A DNA stretch of 63,001 bases, the filler included, from Octopus bimaculoides (lineage: Eukaryota), in NCBI RefSeq assembly GCF_001194135.2. It is 10 parts of 9 records of this genome, joined end to end, with 100 filler letters (N's around TTAATTAATTAA, not from the genome) between each part and the next. Parts side by side here need not be neighbours in the genome. Positions count along the whole stretch, not along the records: positions 59,979 to 63,001 come from NC_068982.1; 9 more parts are not named here. One strand, given 5' to 3'. A program made the position numbers and the translations under genes. The stretch's first letter is position 1; every line of letters begins with the position of its first letter. Shown one piece after another: positions 60,191-63,001 of the stretch. Below the pieces are notes generated by a model, which saw only the letters and a program-made list of their open reading frames with translations, ran no database searches and was not told where the DNA came from.

Positions 60191-60854
60191 CGCGTACACT
60201 TACATACGTTTGAGAATGCTTATGCCTCTATCTCGCTTCGTCTGTCTGCCTTTGTTTTTGGTTTTCAGTGCGAGGCTGTGAGCCATTGTGCTAAGTAATA
60301 TTTATCGTTACAGCGCCAACATTGTGTAATGACTAGCGTTGCCAACAAACCGACGACTGCAAACCGGTTTCAGATCGCAATTCAATCAAATATACTTCAC
60401 TTACGTCGCTTATGCTCGTGAGAAAAATTGCGAATATCAGAACTTTTCATTTCCACCGTCTACTCGCGAGATACAGTAAAAAGACTATATGTTTGTGTTT
60501 ATATCAATGCATGTGTACTTGAGGGTGACTTGTATCCATTTATTTCTCCGCCAAGCTGACTGCACATTCCTAAAGCTCTTGTTAAGGTTCAATGGACAAC
60601 ATGCCAATATAGCAATATACGAATTAGACCACTTTATGTGATTTCCATATTACGGCGACTGGAAGCAAACGAATCGCAACGAAAACTTTTAGACCCCGCT
60701 GAAAAGAAAGCTGGCTAAAACTTAGGAAGTTCGAGACTCCGTAGTTGTGTGGATAACTGTGCCATGCTACTGAGTTTGTGACATAGGTTCCTTGAGTATC
60801 CATTCCACATGTAAACTCTACATGTTCCAAACATATAAATGCCTTTGAAATTGC

Positions 60855-60910
<56 letters not shown>

Positions 60911-60939
60911 GTGTGTCTTTGTCTACGTGTCTTTGTCTC

Positions 60940-61115
60940 CACCACCGCTTAACAGTTTGTGTTGGTTTGTGTACCTCTCCATATTCTAGCAGTTCGGCAA
61001 TTGAGACTAACAGAGTAAGTACCAGGTTTAAACAATAAGTACTGGGGTCGATTTGTTCGACTAAACCCTACAAGACATTGCCCCACATGACTGCAGTTCA
61101 ATGACTGAAACAAGA
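60940..61115 (+). mobile_element. SINE family A tail
   Basis: GTTCGGCAA..AAGTACTGGGGTCGATTTGTTCGACTAAA..AATGACTGAAAC. Confidence 0.75.
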
Positions 61116-61147
61116 TATATATATATATATATATATATAAAACAATG

Positions 61148-61526
61148 ATTCTAGGATGGAATTTATAAGTATTTGATCCATCGCAACGCGCGTTTACGCA
61201 AATCAAATGATTTCAGCATCAGAGTCCGTATCCTTGGGATTAGTACGGTATAGTCCGTATTATCCGTGGGAATCCGGTTGATCATAGTTAGATTGGCCTT
61301 CATATTGGCAAGACGGAATAACCATCTCTCTGTGATTCATCTAATGATGCAGTATCGCTTGATGAATCACTGATGATGATCAACCGGACGGCTACGGATA
61401 AAACGGACTATACTGCACTAATCCTAATGATGTCGTGTGATATGTGGAAATGCGCGTAGCGATATATTTAATATTTATAAATTAAATTATAAACATATTA
61501 AATATTTAAATATTCCATCCTAGAAT
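61148..61526. mobile_element. Nested foldback element/MITE
   Basis: Perfect 15-bp outer IR (61148-61162 / 61512-61526), 49-bp inner IR at 42/49 (61237-61285 / 61376-61424) and a 10-bp innermost hairpin (61332-61341 / 61361-61370). Confidence 0.8.
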
Positions 61527-61738
61527 TATTATCATTATTATATTTATCCTATATTATATCGGTATAACATTGAAGCAACCCCCAAAAAACTGACTCACTA
61601 GTCAGTATCATTTGACGGTGGCCGGTATAATGAAATAGGAGCTTTGTTTACATACTCCTAAAGTAACCACAAACAAATTTTATATATGTATATATATATA
61701 TATATATCCAGTATGCTATCTCAGACACACACAAGCGT

Positions 61739-61794
<56 letters not shown>

Positions 61795-62922
61795 CTAGTA
61801 TCTCATCGCATATATTTAGTAAATGCTGACAGTAGTTCTGACATGTCCCTGTATTGAACATTCATTCATATAAATACCGTTATTATATCATCCAATATAT
61901 CTGACGTAATAGATGTTGATTATACAGTTAGCATACTTCCATATGCAATATAGGAGGGCAAATATCACCTCCTCGTAAATTCTCACATTTAATCAAATAG
62001 ACAGCGAGAAATGATATAATTCCATTTCGTCATAGCTAGATGGTTTTGTCCGTTGAGAGTTTATATGTCTTAGTCAATGATAACACGTACAACCGGCGGC
62101 AGAAACTCCAACCTCTCGGTGGTTTACTTGGTATCCTATCAACTAAGACATCTGTGAATTAGAGGCTGATATATCAGGGTGTTTATCTTCGGATTTAATA
62201 CTGTTTGGATGATAAGAATTATATCTTCTCTCTGGATACGATTATCGCAGATGACATTCTCAGAACATCGGTATCTATTCACTTTTGATATATTTCCTTA
62301 ATCATTCAGTTACTTCGTCTACCATGAATTACGTCAAGTAAACGAAGAAATCTCTCTGCAACTGCTCAATCTACAAGAAATAACAGCTAAACCTTTCTCA
62401 AGTAACATTCTACGCTATGGTCACAACTGTAAAGCCTTTAAAAGAGATTTGCTCCACCATGATGAGCTAGGGTTAAGAAAACAACAAACAAACAACAACT
62501 CAATAAATCTAATCACTTTTCTTTGTCTCACCATTAATACTATCTCACACGACTCAGATTTCGAAGTAAAGAATTTGTTCAACAATTTTTCTCCGTAGAA
62601 TTTTAGTCCATGTGAACTCTGTCTTTGTCCAAGTATTATTGTTTTTCTTTTTCTTTTTTTTAAAAATTATTTATTGAATGCTAACAAGTAAGTGTTTAAA
62701 TTCGGAGATAAACAGTAACGATGTCATCTATCAAAGGTATGAGGTGCGTGTGTGGTTCAAGAGCTTATGGACACTGCCCATTCGTCATCCAACCATCATC
62801 ATTCCATTCATTTACGTTGCTACCACCATCGCCGCCAGCATTCATCAGCGTCCCTAAATCCACACCACAACCATCTCAGCTTCGCCGCAACCGACGTCGG
62901 CACCGCCACCGCTGCCACCGCC

Positions 62923-63001
62923 GCCCCCTGGTGTCGCCGCTGCCCCCTGGTGCCGCCGCTGTCCTCCTGGTGCCGCCGCTGCCCCCTGGTGCCGCTGCTG
63001 T
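62923..63001. repeat. GC-rich 19-20-bp minisatellite, truncated by window end
   Basis: GCCCCCTGGTGCCGCCGCT-like units at 62923, 62942, 62961 and 62981. Confidence 0.85.

Noticed and set aside
62820-63001. GC-rich Pro/Ala-rich open stretch at the window end
   Set aside because: Unit lengths of 19-20 bp are not multiples of three, which fits a minisatellite. It is truncated, so coding cannot be fully excluded.

Overview
AT-rich, microsatellite- and SINE-saturated animal genomic DNA. The repeat families look cephalopod/Octopus-like; this is an inference from sequence style. The window is not one contiguous locus: nine identical 100-bp synthetic linkers (44 N + TTAATTAATTAA + 44 N) join ten gappy scaffold pieces. 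The only convincing host coding sequence is one minus-strand exon (35094-35444) of a CCN-family gene, encoding a VWC module with an unusual 12-aa insertion. There is one tRNA-Ile(AAT) gene or pseudogene. Decayed mobile elements include Tc1/mariner, pogo-like, Helitron helicase, Penelope GIY-YIG, R4/Dong RT and endonuclease, L1/Tx1-like, CR1/L2-like LINEs, a TTAA-targeting MITE, foldback MITEs and three SINE families. The most notable discovery is a 2.3-kb scaffold piece with three consecutive inverted repeats. The last overlaps a minimal type-I hammerhead ribozyme with an intact catalytic core (27802-27845), which the upstream arm would sequester. A second near-intact mini-hammerhead lies at 50192-50231. 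Also notable are a self-complementary TACG/TTCG higher-order satellite, a four-half-site nuclear-receptor element and TAA-repeat-targeted Dong-type insertions. Most ORFs in the supplied track are microsatellite or N-gap artefacts.
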